Assembly (NCBI GenBank): GCA_963834795.1 | Contig: CAWIDL010000032.1 | Location: 34,979-98,978, forward strand | Length of the DNA stretch: 64,000 nucleotides | Direction of reading: 5' to 3' | Source of the DNA: an uncultured delta proteobacterium | GTDB taxonomy: Bacteria > Desulfobacterota > Desulfobaccia > Desulfobaccales > 0-14-0-80-60-11 | Part shown: in pieces, positions 20,050 through 28,559 of the stretch | Position numbering within the stretch: position 1 is the first letter of the stretch | Layout of the letters: each line of letters begins with the position of its first letter | Translations under genes and position numbers: made by a program | Notes under the pieces: generated by a model | Seen by the model: the letters and a program-made list of their open reading frames with translations, nothing else | Database searches by the model: none | Told to the model about the DNA's origin: nothing

Positions 20050-21243
20050 ATGAGCCTGATCTTTTACTCCGAGAAATGTATCGCCTGCGGCCAGTGCGTC
20101 GATGTCTGCCCCTTCGGGGTCCTGCGCCTTGAGGGCGAAACCCTGGTCATTGGAGAGGGCTGTAATCTCTGCGGCGCCTGCGTGGAGGTTTGCGAGGTTG
20201 AGGCGCTGGCCGCGCCTCCGACCCCCGGCCCCAGTCCCCGGCCAGATGTGCCGCCGGATGGGGTCTGGATCTTTGCCGAGCAGCGGGGCGGGGTCCTGGC
20301 CCCGGTGACCGCGGAACTGCTGGGAGAAGGGCGGCGTCTGGCCGAAGAGCTCCAGACCCCCCTGGCTGCGGTTCTCCTGGGAAATCAGGTGGCCTCCCTG
20401 GCCCCAGAGCTGCTGGCCGCTGGGGCTCACAAGGTCTACCTGGTGGAACACCCGAGACTGCAGGATTTTCTGGAAGAGCCCTACGCCACCGCCGTCGCTA
20501 CGCTGGCCCGGAAGTTCCGGCCGGAAATCATCCTGGCCGGGGCTACCTACGCCGGCCGGGCCTTCATCCCCCGAGTGGCCGCGGCCTTGCATACCGGCCT
20601 CACGGCCGACTGCACCGCCTTCGCCATCGACCGGGAAAAGCGCCTGCTACTGCAGACCCGCCCGGCCTTTGGCGGCAACATCATGGCCACCATCATCACT
20701 CCCCGCACCTTTCCCCAGATGGCCACCGCCCGCCCCGGGGTCTTCAAACCCCGACCCCCGGCGGCAACGCCTGCGGCTGCGGTGATCCCCGTGGACGCCT
20801 CGTTTTTAGACAGTGACCGTCGCAGCCGCTTCCTGGCCACGGTGGCCGAATTCAAGGAGCGGGTGCATTTGTCCGCGGCGCAGGTGATTGTCGCCGGCGG
20901 CCGGGGCCTGAAGGAGGCCGGGAATTTTGGCCTGCTGGAGGAACTGGCGGACCTGTTGGGCGGCGCGGTGGGCGCCAGCCGGGCCGCGGTGGACGCGGGC
21001 TGGATCGACTACGCCCACCAGATCGGCCAGACGGGCAAGACCGTGGGCCCTAAGATCTACATCGCCTGCGGTATTTCTGGCGCCACCCAGCACCTGGTGG
21101 GCATGCAGTCCTCCGATTTCATCGTGGCCATCAACAAGGACCCCCAAGCCCCCATCTTCCAGGTGGCCGATGTGGGCCTGGTGGGCGATCTGTTTCAGAT
21201 CATCCCGGCCCTGATCCAGGAAATCAAGCGGGACCGGGGATGA
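20050..21243 (+). CDS. etfA: Electron transfer flavoprotein alpha subunit with N-terminal 2[4Fe-4S] ferredoxin domain
   Basis: [12 protein letters not shown] and [12 protein letters not shown], then [43 protein letters not shown]. Confidence 0.95.
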   Translation: MSLIFYSEKCIACGQCVDVCPFGVLRLEGETLVIGEGCNLCGACVEVCEVEALAAPPTPGPSPRPDVPPDGVWIFAEQRGGVLAPVTAELLGEGRRLAEELQTPLAAVLLGNQVASLAPELLAAGAHKVYLVEHPRLQDFLEEPYATAVATLARKFRPEIILAGATYAGRAFIPRVAAALHTGLTADCTAFAIDREKRLLLQTRPAFGGNIMATIITPRTFPQMATARPGVFKPRPPAATPAAAVIPVDASFLDSDRRSRFLATVAEFKERVHLSAAQVIVAGGRGLKEAGNFGLLEELADLLGGAVGASRAAVDAGWIDYAHQIGQTGKTVGPKIYIACGISGATQHLVGMQSSDFIVAINKDPQAPIFQVADVGLVGDLFQIIPALIQEIKRDRG

Positions 21244-21453
21244 GCGGTGAGGGTGGCCGGCCGCCCGCCCACCGCTGGTCTTTGCTAAATTGTCTGATTT
21301 TAATCGCCCATACGTGGAAAAAAGTATAAGAAACCTCTTTCATTTTGGTGAATTTCGATTTATTTAATTAACCCAGCGCCGCTTTGCACCCGGAGGCCAG
21401 GCCGCGATGGGTGTAGTGCGGCTTAACTAGTTGATTTCGGACGGTAACCCATT

Positions 21454-22200
21454 ATGAAGCAGATGGCCTCAGTGGCCCTGGTAACCGGCGCCGCCCGGGG
21501 GATCGGCCGAGCCATCGCGATATTCCTGGCCCGCCCCGGATTGACCCTCTATCTTAACGATATCGCCCTGGGGGAAGAGGCCTCCAGGACCCAGCAGGAG
21601 GTGGCAGGCAGAGGGGCTCAGGCAAAACTGATCGAATTCAACGTGGCCGATGCCGGGCAGGTGCAGCAAGCCGTGGATGAGATCCTTAAGGAGAGTGGCC
21701 GCCTGGATCTCTTAGTGAACAACGCCGGCATTACCCGGGACAACCTCATCCTGCGGATGAAGGAGGAGGAGTGGGACGCCGTGCTGGCGGTGAACCTCAA
21801 AGGGGCTTATAATTGCATACGGGCGGTGAGCAAGGCCATGGTCAAGCAACGCTTCGGACGCATCATCAACATCAGTTCGGTGGTGGGGGTGATGGGCAAC
21901 CCGGGCCAGGCCAATTATGTTGCTTCCAAGGCCGGGTTGATCGGCCTGACCAAATCGGTGGCCCGGGAGCTGGCCTCCCGCAATATTACCGTGAACGCCG
22001 TGGCCCCCGGCTTCATTCAGACGGAAATGACCGAATCTTTGCCGACCAAAGTTAAGGAAGAGATGCTGGCCCAGATTCCCCTGGGCCGTTTCGGCACTCC
22101 GGAGGAGGTGGCCCAAACGGTGGCCTTCCTGGCCTCCGAGGCCGCGGCTTACCTCACTGGCCAGGTGATTCATGTTAATGGCGGCATGCTGATGATTTAA
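21454..22200 (+). CDS. fabG: 3-oxoacyl-ACP reductase
   Basis: TGAARGIG, NNAGITRD, YVASK, NAVAPGFI, VNGGM. Confidence 0.96.
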   Translation: MKQMASVALVTGAARGIGRAIAIFLARPGLTLYLNDIALGEEASRTQQEVAGRGAQAKLIEFNVADAGQVQQAVDEILKESGRLDLLVNNAGITRDNLILRMKEEEWDAVLAVNLKGAYNCIRAVSKAMVKQRFGRIINISSVVGVMGNPGQANYVASKAGLIGLTKSVARELASRNITVNAVAPGFIQTEMTESLPTKVKEEMLAQIPLGRFGTPEEVAQTVAFLASEAAAYLTGQVIHVNGGMLMI

Positions 22201-22222
22201 CAGAAAATAGGAGGTTTCTTCG

Positions 22223-22459
22223 ATGGGTGCAACTGAAGAAAAGGTGATTGACATAATCGTGGACAAATTGGGGGTGGAACGCTCCGAGGTCACCCCGGAG
22301 GCGGTCTTTGTGGATGACCTGGGGGCCGACTCCCTGGATCTGGTGGAGCTGATCATGGCCATGGAAGAAGAATTCGGCATGGAAATCGCTGATGAGGAAG
22401 CGGAAAAGTTGAGGACCGTCCAGGATGTCATCACCTTCGTCACCGCCCGGGCCGCCTGA
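22223..22459 (+). CDS. acpP: Acyl carrier protein
   Basis: [21 protein letters not shown]. Confidence 0.97.
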   Translation: MGATEEKVIDIIVDKLGVERSEVTPEAVFVDDLGADSLDLVELIMAMEEEFGMEIADEEAEKLRTVQDVITFVTARAA

Positions 22460-22934
22460 GCCCGGAGGCGTCATCGCCATTGCCTGCGATCACGCCGGCT
22501 TTGCCCTGAAAAAAGAGATCGTCCAACTGTTGCACGAACTGAAGGCGGAGGTTTTGGATCTCGGCTGCGCCAATGCACAAGAATCGGTGCATTACCCGGT
22601 GTTCGGGAAAAAAGTAGTGGACGCCTTGTTGGGCCGGCCCGGAAGCCGGGGTATCCTGATCTGCGGCACCGGCCTGGGGATGAGTATCATGGCCAACCGC
22701 TTTCCGGGCATCCGGGCGGCCCTGTGCCACGACCTCTATGCCACCATGATGAGCAGACGGCATAACAACGCCAATCTCCTGGTCATGGGCGGCCGGGTTA
22801 TCGGCCCCGATCTCGGCAAAGAGATCGTGCGCACCTGGCTGGGCACCCCCTTTGAAGGCGGCCGCCATCAGGAGCGCCTTGATTTGTTGGAACGGTTGGC
22901 CCGGGAGGAACACCGGGCCGGAGCTGCCCCGTAA
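22425..22934 (+). CDS. rpiB: Ribose-5-phosphate isomerase B (start uncertain)
   Basis: [46 protein letters not shown]. The only in-frame ATG overlaps acpP by 35 nt. Confidence 0.9.
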   Translation: MSSPSSPPGPPEPGGVIAIACDHAGFALKKEIVQLLHELKAEVLDLGCANAQESVHYPVFGKKVVDALLGRPGSRGILICGTGLGMSIMANRFPGIRAALCHDLYATMMSRRHNNANLLVMGGRVIGPDLGKEIVRTWLGTPFEGGRHQERLDLLERLAREEHRAGAAP

Positions 22935-24196
22935 TGGACCAGATGGATGACTTGGCCCGCACCGATCCTGCCATTTACTCGGTCATCGAGCGGGAACAGC
23001 AGCGGCAGCTCCATAAGCTGGAGATGATCGCCTCGGAAAATTTCGTGAGCAACGCGGTGCTCCAGGCCCAGGGCTCCATCCTGACCCACAAGTATGCCGA
23101 AGGTTATCCGGGGCGGCGCTTTTACGGCGGCTGCGAATTTGTGGACACCGCCGAAAACCTGGCCCTGAGCCGGGTGAAGGAGATCTTCGGCGCGGCCTAC
23201 GCCAACGTCCAGCCCCATTCCGGCACCCAGGCCAATATGGCCGTTTATTTCTCCTTCCTGAAGCCCGGGGACACCATCCTGGGCATGGACATGTCCCACG
23301 GCGGTCATCTGAGCCACGGAGCCTCGGTGAATTTTTCCGGCCGCCTCTTTAACGCAGTGACCTACGGAGTGGATCACCAGAGCGAAGAAGTGGACTTCGC
23401 CGCGGTACGGGAACTGGCCCGGAACCACCGCCCCAAGATGATCATCGCCGGCGCCAGCGCCTACCCCCGGATCCTGGATTTTTCCAAGTTTGCCGAGATC
23501 GCCCGGGAGGTGGGGGCATATCTCTTGGTGGACATGGCCCATATCGCCGGTCTGATCGCCGGGGGGCTCCATCCAAATCCCGTACCGGCGGCGGACTTCG
23601 TCACCTCCACCACCCACAAGACCCTGCGCGGCCCCCGGGGCGGCCTCATCCTGGCCCAGGCGCAATACGGCAAGGCCCTGGACAGCCAGATCTTCCCAGG
23701 GATTCAAGGCGGTCCCTTGATGCATATCATTGCCGCCAAGGCCGTGTCTTTCAAGGAAGTCTTGGCGCCGTCCTTCAAGCGCTACCAGGCGCAGATCGTG
23801 GCCAACGCCCGCACCCTGGGGCAAGCATTTATCCGCCGGGGCTACCGCCTGGTGGCCGGCGGCACCGACACCCACCTCATCATGGTGGACCTGAACGCCA
23901 CCGGCCTCACCGGGCGCGAGGCGGAAGAGGCCCTGGACCGGGCCGGCATCACGGTCAACAAAAATGCCATCCCCTTCGATCAGCGCCCCCCCACCATCAC
24001 CAGCGGCATCCGGGTGGGCACCCCGGCCCTCACGACCCGGGGCATGAAGGAGAAGGAGATGGAGGTGGCGGCCGACTTCATGCACCAGGCCCTTAGCTCC
24101 CCCGTGGATACCCTTCTCCTGGCCAGACTGGCGGACCAGGTGCAGGACTTCTGCTCCCAGTTTCCCCTGTTCGCCGAGGAATGGACCGCGGTCTGA
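22934..24196 (+). CDS. glyA: Serine hydroxymethyltransferase
   Basis: [48 protein letters not shown]. Confidence 0.98.
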   Translation: MDQMDDLARTDPAIYSVIEREQQRQLHKLEMIASENFVSNAVLQAQGSILTHKYAEGYPGRRFYGGCEFVDTAENLALSRVKEIFGAAYANVQPHSGTQANMAVYFSFLKPGDTILGMDMSHGGHLSHGASVNFSGRLFNAVTYGVDHQSEEVDFAAVRELARNHRPKMIIAGASAYPRILDFSKFAEIAREVGAYLLVDMAHIAGLIAGGLHPNPVPAADFVTSTTHKTLRGPRGGLILAQAQYGKALDSQIFPGIQGGPLMHIIAAKAVSFKEVLAPSFKRYQAQIVANARTLGQAFIRRGYRLVAGGTDTHLIMVDLNATGLTGREAEEALDRAGITVNKNAIPFDQRPPTITSGIRVGTPALTTRGMKEKEMEVAADFMHQALSSPVDTLLLARLADQVQDFCSQFPLFAEEWTAV

Positions 24197-24464
24197 TAAG
24201 AAGGTTTTCGGTTTCGGTTATCGGTTTCCGCTAAGGCGCTTCGGTATCAGCTCTTTCGTCCAGCGGACCATACTTCATTCCGTTTAGTCGCATCGCTAGA
24301 TATCCTCTAAAGAGGTCAAACCTGAGGCTGCCGGAAATATTTACCCCTTTCCTTAAACCTGGGATAAAATCAAATAGCTTTTCACGATGTGGCTGTTTTG
24401 CTTGCTATCTCAAGTAATCTCTACCGGACAGCAGTGAACCGGAAACGGAAAATTTTATTTTACC

Positions 24465-24938
24465 ATGCGCTGCCCTTACTGCCACAGCACCAACAATAAG
24501 GTGATCGATTCCCGCCCCAGCCGGGAGGCCAATGCCATCCGGCGCCGCCGGGAGTGCCTCCACTGCCAGCGGCGCTTCACCACCTACGAGCAGGTGGAGG
24601 AGTCCATGCCCCTGGTCGTGAAGAAGGACGGCCGCCGGGAACCCTTTCAGCGGTCCAAGTTATATGAAGGCATCATTAAGGCTTGCGAGAAGCGGCCGGT
24701 CTCCATTGACGCCATCGAGAATTTCCTGGACGGCCTGGAACGGGAGATGCTGGAGGGCGGCCAGCGGGAGATCGCCTCCACCTGGATCGGCGAACGGGTG
24801 ATGGCGCAATTGCGCCAATGGGATGAAGTGGCCTACGTGCGCTTCGCCTCGGTCTATCGCCACTTCACCGACGCCACCGACTTCATGGAGGAGATTCGCC
24901 GCCTCCTGGCCAGCCGCAAGGAAGAAAAGAAAGAGTAA
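24465..24938 (+). CDS. nrdR: Transcriptional repressor NrdR
   Basis: MRCPYC...RRRRECLHCQRRFTTYE, ATP cone, DEVAYVRFASVY. Confidence 0.97.
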   Translation: MRCPYCHSTNNKVIDSRPSREANAIRRRRECLHCQRRFTTYEQVEESMPLVVKKDGRREPFQRSKLYEGIIKACEKRPVSIDAIENFLDGLEREMLEGGQREIASTWIGERVMAQLRQWDEVAYVRFASVYRHFTDATDFMEEIRRLLASRKEEKKE

Positions 24939-24940
24939 TT

Positions 24941-25012
24941 TGGGGGGAGAGCCAGGGGCTTTTTGTAAGTGGCCCCTGCCCTCCCCCCAAACCCCCCTCC
25001 CAACCCCCATAA
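24941..25012. repeat. Dispersed ~70-bp element (GGGGAG..GCCA.GGGC..TTTGTAAGTGGCCCCTGCCC..CCCCAAACCCC..ATAA); copies 26765-26837 and, more diverged, 44101-44172
   Basis: The first two copies share TTTGTAAGTGGCCCCTGCCC and a CCCCAAACCCC...CCCATAAGGGG tail. Confidence 0.8.
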
Positions 25013-25159
25013 GGGGAACTTATTTCTTGATTTAATGCCATACTATTTACGAAGCACAACAATAGGGCGGCCGCGGGCCGCCCTTATTCCTGGGACCAAA
25101 ACTCAGGGGCGGGTTTAAAACCCGCCCCTACGCCAATTCCACCAGGAATTCCTGCCGCC

Positions 25160-26557
25160 CTACATCACCAGGATCTCTTCCAGGCCATCCTTCCAGCCAT
25201 CCCAGAGAAAGGCGTCCAGCCTCCCCTGGGCGATGACCCGAAAGGCATAGCGAGCCTGGGACGCATAAAAGTCGCAATTGGGCGCCGGGGCCTGAAGCTG
25301 CCCATTAATGGCATAGACCTCGGCGGGACAGGGGGCCCCGCAGAAGTGCCGCACCGCGCAGCGGTTGCAGGGGTCCAACTGCTCCACTGCCCGGCCAGTC
25401 ACCTGTTTGAAGGCCGGGGTGGCCAGCAGCTCGGTGACCGGGGTCTCAAAGAGGTTGCCGCCGTGGAACTCCGGCAGCCCCAGAAACTCGCTGCACGGGG
25501 CCACTTCGCCCGCGGCCCCCACTGCAAAGAAGCAGCGGCCGCCGCCGCAGGGGGAGAGGTCGCACATCAGCCGCCGGGCCCCCGGCGCCGCCAGCCCCAG
25601 AAGCAGGTTGGCGAAGTTGCCCACCACCAATTTCCGACCCGTCCGTTCATAGAGCTCATAGCTCCGGTCCAGGGCCTGGAAGAAGAAATGCGCCAGTTCC
25701 TCCTGGTCCGGCATCAGCGAGCGCCCGCCGGCCTGGGTGCCCCGCACCGGGTTGAGCAGGACATTGCCCGTCCCCCGCTGGTGGAAAAACTCCACCAGCT
25801 CCGGCAGGTGCCGGACATTTTCTTTGGTAACCGTGGTGATGACGTTGAGCCCGGGGTAGTCGTGCAAATCCTCCAGTACCTTGACGGTCTCGGCGAAGAC
25901 GCCGCGGCCGCCCCAGGTGCGCCGGCTGCGGTCCGCGATCTCGGCGGTGGCCCCATCTAAGGAGATGCCGATGCCGGCCCCCTGGGCCATCAGGAAATCC
26001 CGGGCGTTTTTGTCCAGCAGCACCGTGTTGGTCTGCACCCCGAAGCGGAAGTAACCGCCGTACCGGGCGATGCCCTGAAAGACCGCATCCTTGGCCAACA
26101 GCGGCTCGCTGCCATGAAAAACCAGTTGCGGTCTGGCGCCGGCCGGCAGTGTCTTTTTAAAAAATTCCTGCAGCAGGGAGAGGGCCTCCAGCACCCTGGC
26201 CGGCTCCATGTCGCGGCCGGTCCGCCGGGCCTCCCGGGGTAGATAACAGTAGCCGCAATCGAGGTTGCAGCGCTCCGTTGGGTTGAAATAGACTGCGGAG
26301 GGCAGCAACCCGAAGCGGACGTTGTGCAGGTCCGCGGCCAGCCTGGCCTCTTTTTCCCGGAATACCCGGGGTAGCTCGCTCCCCAGCAGGTAATCCAGGG
26401 CCTCCTCTCGGGGCGAGAGCACCCAAAAGGCGGTGTCCGCGTTGATCAGGGCCACGTAGTCCGGATGGCCCACCTCCAGGACGTCGAAGTGGGGCCCGGC
26501 CCCGGCGTTGACCGCAGCCAGGGACGGGCCCTCGAGGTTTGGGGTTTTGGTCGCCAC
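25160..26557 (-). CDS. cbpB: Peptide-modifying radical SAM/SPASM enzyme, CbpB-like
   Basis: YFNPTERCNLDCGYCY (CX3CX2C); SPASM-like CDLSPCGGGRC...PCSEF...CNRCAVRHFCGAPCPAE...NC. Starts 4 nt after the peptide gene; family assignment (TIGR04163) from recall. Confidence 0.85.
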   Translation of the reverse strand: MATKTPNLEGPSLAAVNAGAGPHFDVLEVGHPDYVALINADTAFWVLSPREEALDYLLGSELPRVFREKEARLAADLHNVRFGLLPSAVYFNPTERCNLDCGYCYLPREARRTGRDMEPARVLEALSLLQEFFKKTLPAGARPQLVFHGSEPLLAKDAVFQGIARYGGYFRFGVQTNTVLLDKNARDFLMAQGAGIGISLDGATAEIADRSRRTWGGRGVFAETVKVLEDLHDYPGLNVITTVTKENVRHLPELVEFFHQRGTGNVLLNPVRGTQAGGRSLMPDQEELAHFFFQALDRSYELYERTGRKLVVGNFANLLLGLAAPGARRLMCDLSPCGGGRCFFAVGAAGEVAPCSEFLGLPEFHGGNLFETPVTELLATPAFKQVTGRAVEQLDPCNRCAVRHFCGAPCPAEVYAINGQLQAPAPNCDFYASQARYAFRVIAQGRLDAFLWDGWKDGLEEILVM

Positions 26558-26561
26558 GGCC

Positions 26562-26678
26562 CTACTTGGCCTTTTTGGCGTCCGCCATCAGGTAGTGGGA
26601 CAGGCCCACCTGCTCGCCGTTGGGGGCGCAGGTGTAGCGGATACTGATGGGTTTCTTACAACTAGATTTTTTTGCCAT
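26562..26678 (-). CDS. cbpA: 38-aa modified-peptide precursor, CbpA-like (MAKKSSCKKPISIRYTCAPNGEQVGLSHYLMADAKKAK)
   Basis: Strong AGGAGG RBS; GLSHY motif recalled from the CbpA family (TIGR04164); position directly upstream of the rSAM gene. Confidence 0.82.
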   Translation of the reverse strand: MAKKSSCKKPISIRYTCAPNGEQVGLSHYLMADAKKAK

Positions 26679-26866
26679 ATAGGGGTCCTCCTTCCTCCGG
26701 TGGTTTACCGGCCAGGCCAGCGAATTCGCGGCCGCCGGGGGAAAGCTTGGTGTAATGTGATTCTTGGGGAGGGAGCCATGGGCTTCTTTGTAAGTGGCCC
26801 CTGCCCCTTCCCCAAACCCCACCCCCAATCCCATAAGGGGGTGGCACCGGCGTCCCGCCGGTGCTT

Positions 26867-26903
26867 AAAAAAAAAGAAGTCCCATCGCTCGGATGGAACT
26901 CCC
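26867..26903 (-). terminator. Intrinsic terminator in the cbpA leader (probable riboswitch expression platform)
   Basis: Minus strand GTTCCATC-cgagc-GATGGGAC then CTTC and a T9 run. Confidence 0.75.
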
Positions 26904-26928
26904 TTTACCATCAGGAGTAGCCTCTAAA

Positions 26929-27057
26929 AGGTCGTTGAAAAACTCCCATAATTGAGAATTTGTCATTCTGAGCGAAGCGAAGAATCTAGTCATATTAATA
27001 AGTTCTAGATCCTTCACTTCGTTCAGGATGACATAAAAACGCGTTTTTCAACAACCT
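26929..27057. repeat. Nested palindromic MITE/REP-like element
   Basis: 15-bp terminal IRs (AGGTCGTTGAAAAAC / GTTTTTCAACAACCT, 14 of 15) enclosing 29-bp inner IRs (TGTCATTCTGAGCGAAGCGAAGAATCTAG / CTAGATCCTTCACTTCGTTCAGGATGACA, 25 of 29). Confidence 0.85.
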
Positions 27058-27067
27058 GCTAATAACC

Positions 27068-27232
27068 GCCAGGCAGGTCTTCTGGCTCTGGGATCTACCG
27101 GAGGAAGCCAGCCTTCCCGCCGGGGTTTTTGGTAAGTCCCCGGCAGTGGCCGGCCTCAGCCTTGCTTCCTCCGTCCCCCATCACAGCGGCGGGACCGCCC
27201 CGGATTCGCACCGGGTTCCGGATTGCCTGGAA
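27068..27232 (-). ncRNA. Cobalamin (B12) riboswitch
   Basis: Minus strand: P1 CCAGGCA/TGCCTGG; GGAAcCCGGTGcgAATCCGGggCGGtcCCgCCgCTGTGA; GCCACTG; GGGAAGG; B12 box AGCCAGAAGACCTGCC. Confidence 0.95.
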
Positions 27233-27245
27233 GTCTTTATGATAA

Positions 27246-27272
27246 ATTATAGCGGTGATCGGTTTTTGTCAA
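27246..27272 (-). promoter_or_regulatory. Sigma70-like promoter driving the riboswitch-cbpA-cbpB transcript
   Basis: Perfect TTGACA and TATAAT hexamers about 14 nt before the riboswitch, but spacer is only 15 bp. Confidence 0.6.
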
Positions 27273-27323
27273 GTGAATGTTTATTTTATAGCAATGATGC
27301 CTTCTTAAAAATTAATTATTAAT

Positions 27324-28385
27324 TTACTTAATGCCAATTTCTTTATAAATTTCAAGTGCTTTATTAGATAATTTTAGCGCTATTAGCTTCTCCATATCCA
27401 ATATATTTTTATTTGCATAAATAACCAAGAGAAATATAATTGTAGTATATGAAATAGCATAAGATTTCAAATTATTCTCTTTGGCAATTTTGAAAAAAGT
27501 AGAGAGGGCTTCTTGGGCCCACGAAAGAGAATCTTGTAGTATTTTATCCAATTCGGCTATTTTATTAATATTTAGTATATATAATAAATTAAATAACTTT
27601 CCTAACATAATTGATTTCTCATCTATTTTGTGCTCTCTTACGGTAAATCCAGCTTTGGTTGCAAGTTCAGCAAAAAGGGTACCTTCTTTTGTCGAATCAA
27701 GATATATAGCAAGAGAATTCAAGTTAATGTCTACATCTAATTTTCCTTTGAGTACATCTCGTGAATAAATTCTTTCAACTTTTTCAGTTAATTTTTTCAA
27801 ATTTGAAAATTCTTCGTCACCTAGTTCTAATAATGCACTTAAACGAAATAACTTTCTCCGCAGATTAAGCGGCACTTCTTTCGCAGTTTTATATCTCAAC
27901 TTATGATCAATAGCAGCCCAAGCATGTTGTAATGCGGTTCTAACTTGAATCTCAGCCTTTATTTCCGAGTAATCTTTCCATTCAGTAAGATCTTTCCGAT
28001 TATCAGCTAATGTTATGATATAATGAACCGATAAATAGCCAAATTTATCCGGATCGAGAATCTGACTTTTATCAATAGAATTTTCCAAATCTATTTTAAA
28101 TTCTCGTTTTAATATCTCACTAACCACATTAACATCTTCCAAGTAATAGCAAATTATTCGGATTCCTACTAAATCTGTAATTTCTTGTATCGGATCAAGG
28201 TAATCCTTCCCTTCTCTGTTTATTTTATCAGCGAAACTTTCTATAGTTTTGGGTCTGTAATTTATCTGAACTATATCAATAGCATGTAAGAGATCCTTAA
28301 TCAAATCCTCTAATTTATTTGTAAAATTTTCATATATTCCAAATTTTGATCTATAGAGGTCAACCCATTCATCTGGTGCTTTCAT
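27324..28385 (-). CDS. AT-rich RelA/SpoT-synthetase-domain protein (small alarmone synthetase-like) with C-terminal extension
   Basis: RPKTIESFADK, DLVGIRII, GYLSVHYII, EIQVRTALQHAWAAIDHKLRYK; no hydrolase, TGS or ACT domain. Confidence 0.88.
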   Translation of the reverse strand: MKAPDEWVDLYRSKFGIYENFTNKLEDLIKDLLHAIDIVQINYRPKTIESFADKINREGKDYLDPIQEITDLVGIRIICYYLEDVNVVSEILKREFKIDLENSIDKSQILDPDKFGYLSVHYIITLADNRKDLTEWKDYSEIKAEIQVRTALQHAWAAIDHKLRYKTAKEVPLNLRRKLFRLSALLELGDEEFSNLKKLTEKVERIYSRDVLKGKLDVDINLNSLAIYLDSTKEGTLFAELATKAGFTVREHKIDEKSIMLGKLFNLLYILNINKIAELDKILQDSLSWAQEALSTFFKIAKENNLKSYAISYTTIIFLLVIYANKNILDMEKLIALKLSNKALEIYKEIGIK

Positions 28386-28559
28386 ACCAAACCCCGTAAA
28401 ATATGTTTTTAACTTATTGATAAATTTAATAATTATGTCAAGTAAAAATTTTAATATAAAAGCTTCGTCTCTCTGCTTATCAATGGCTCAATCGCCTTGA
28501 CAACAGGCCCCCTGGCAGGTTAACCTATCCTTTTGAAACAGGTTTCACAAAGGTGGGGG

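Noticed and set aside
22868-24085. Long antisense ORFs (also 30079-31428, 34850-35959, 40792-41727, 51099-52394, 53069-54199, 54386-55342 and many shorter ones)
   Set aside because: They mirror well-supported genes on the opposite strand; expected from high GC3 codon bias; no recognisable motifs.
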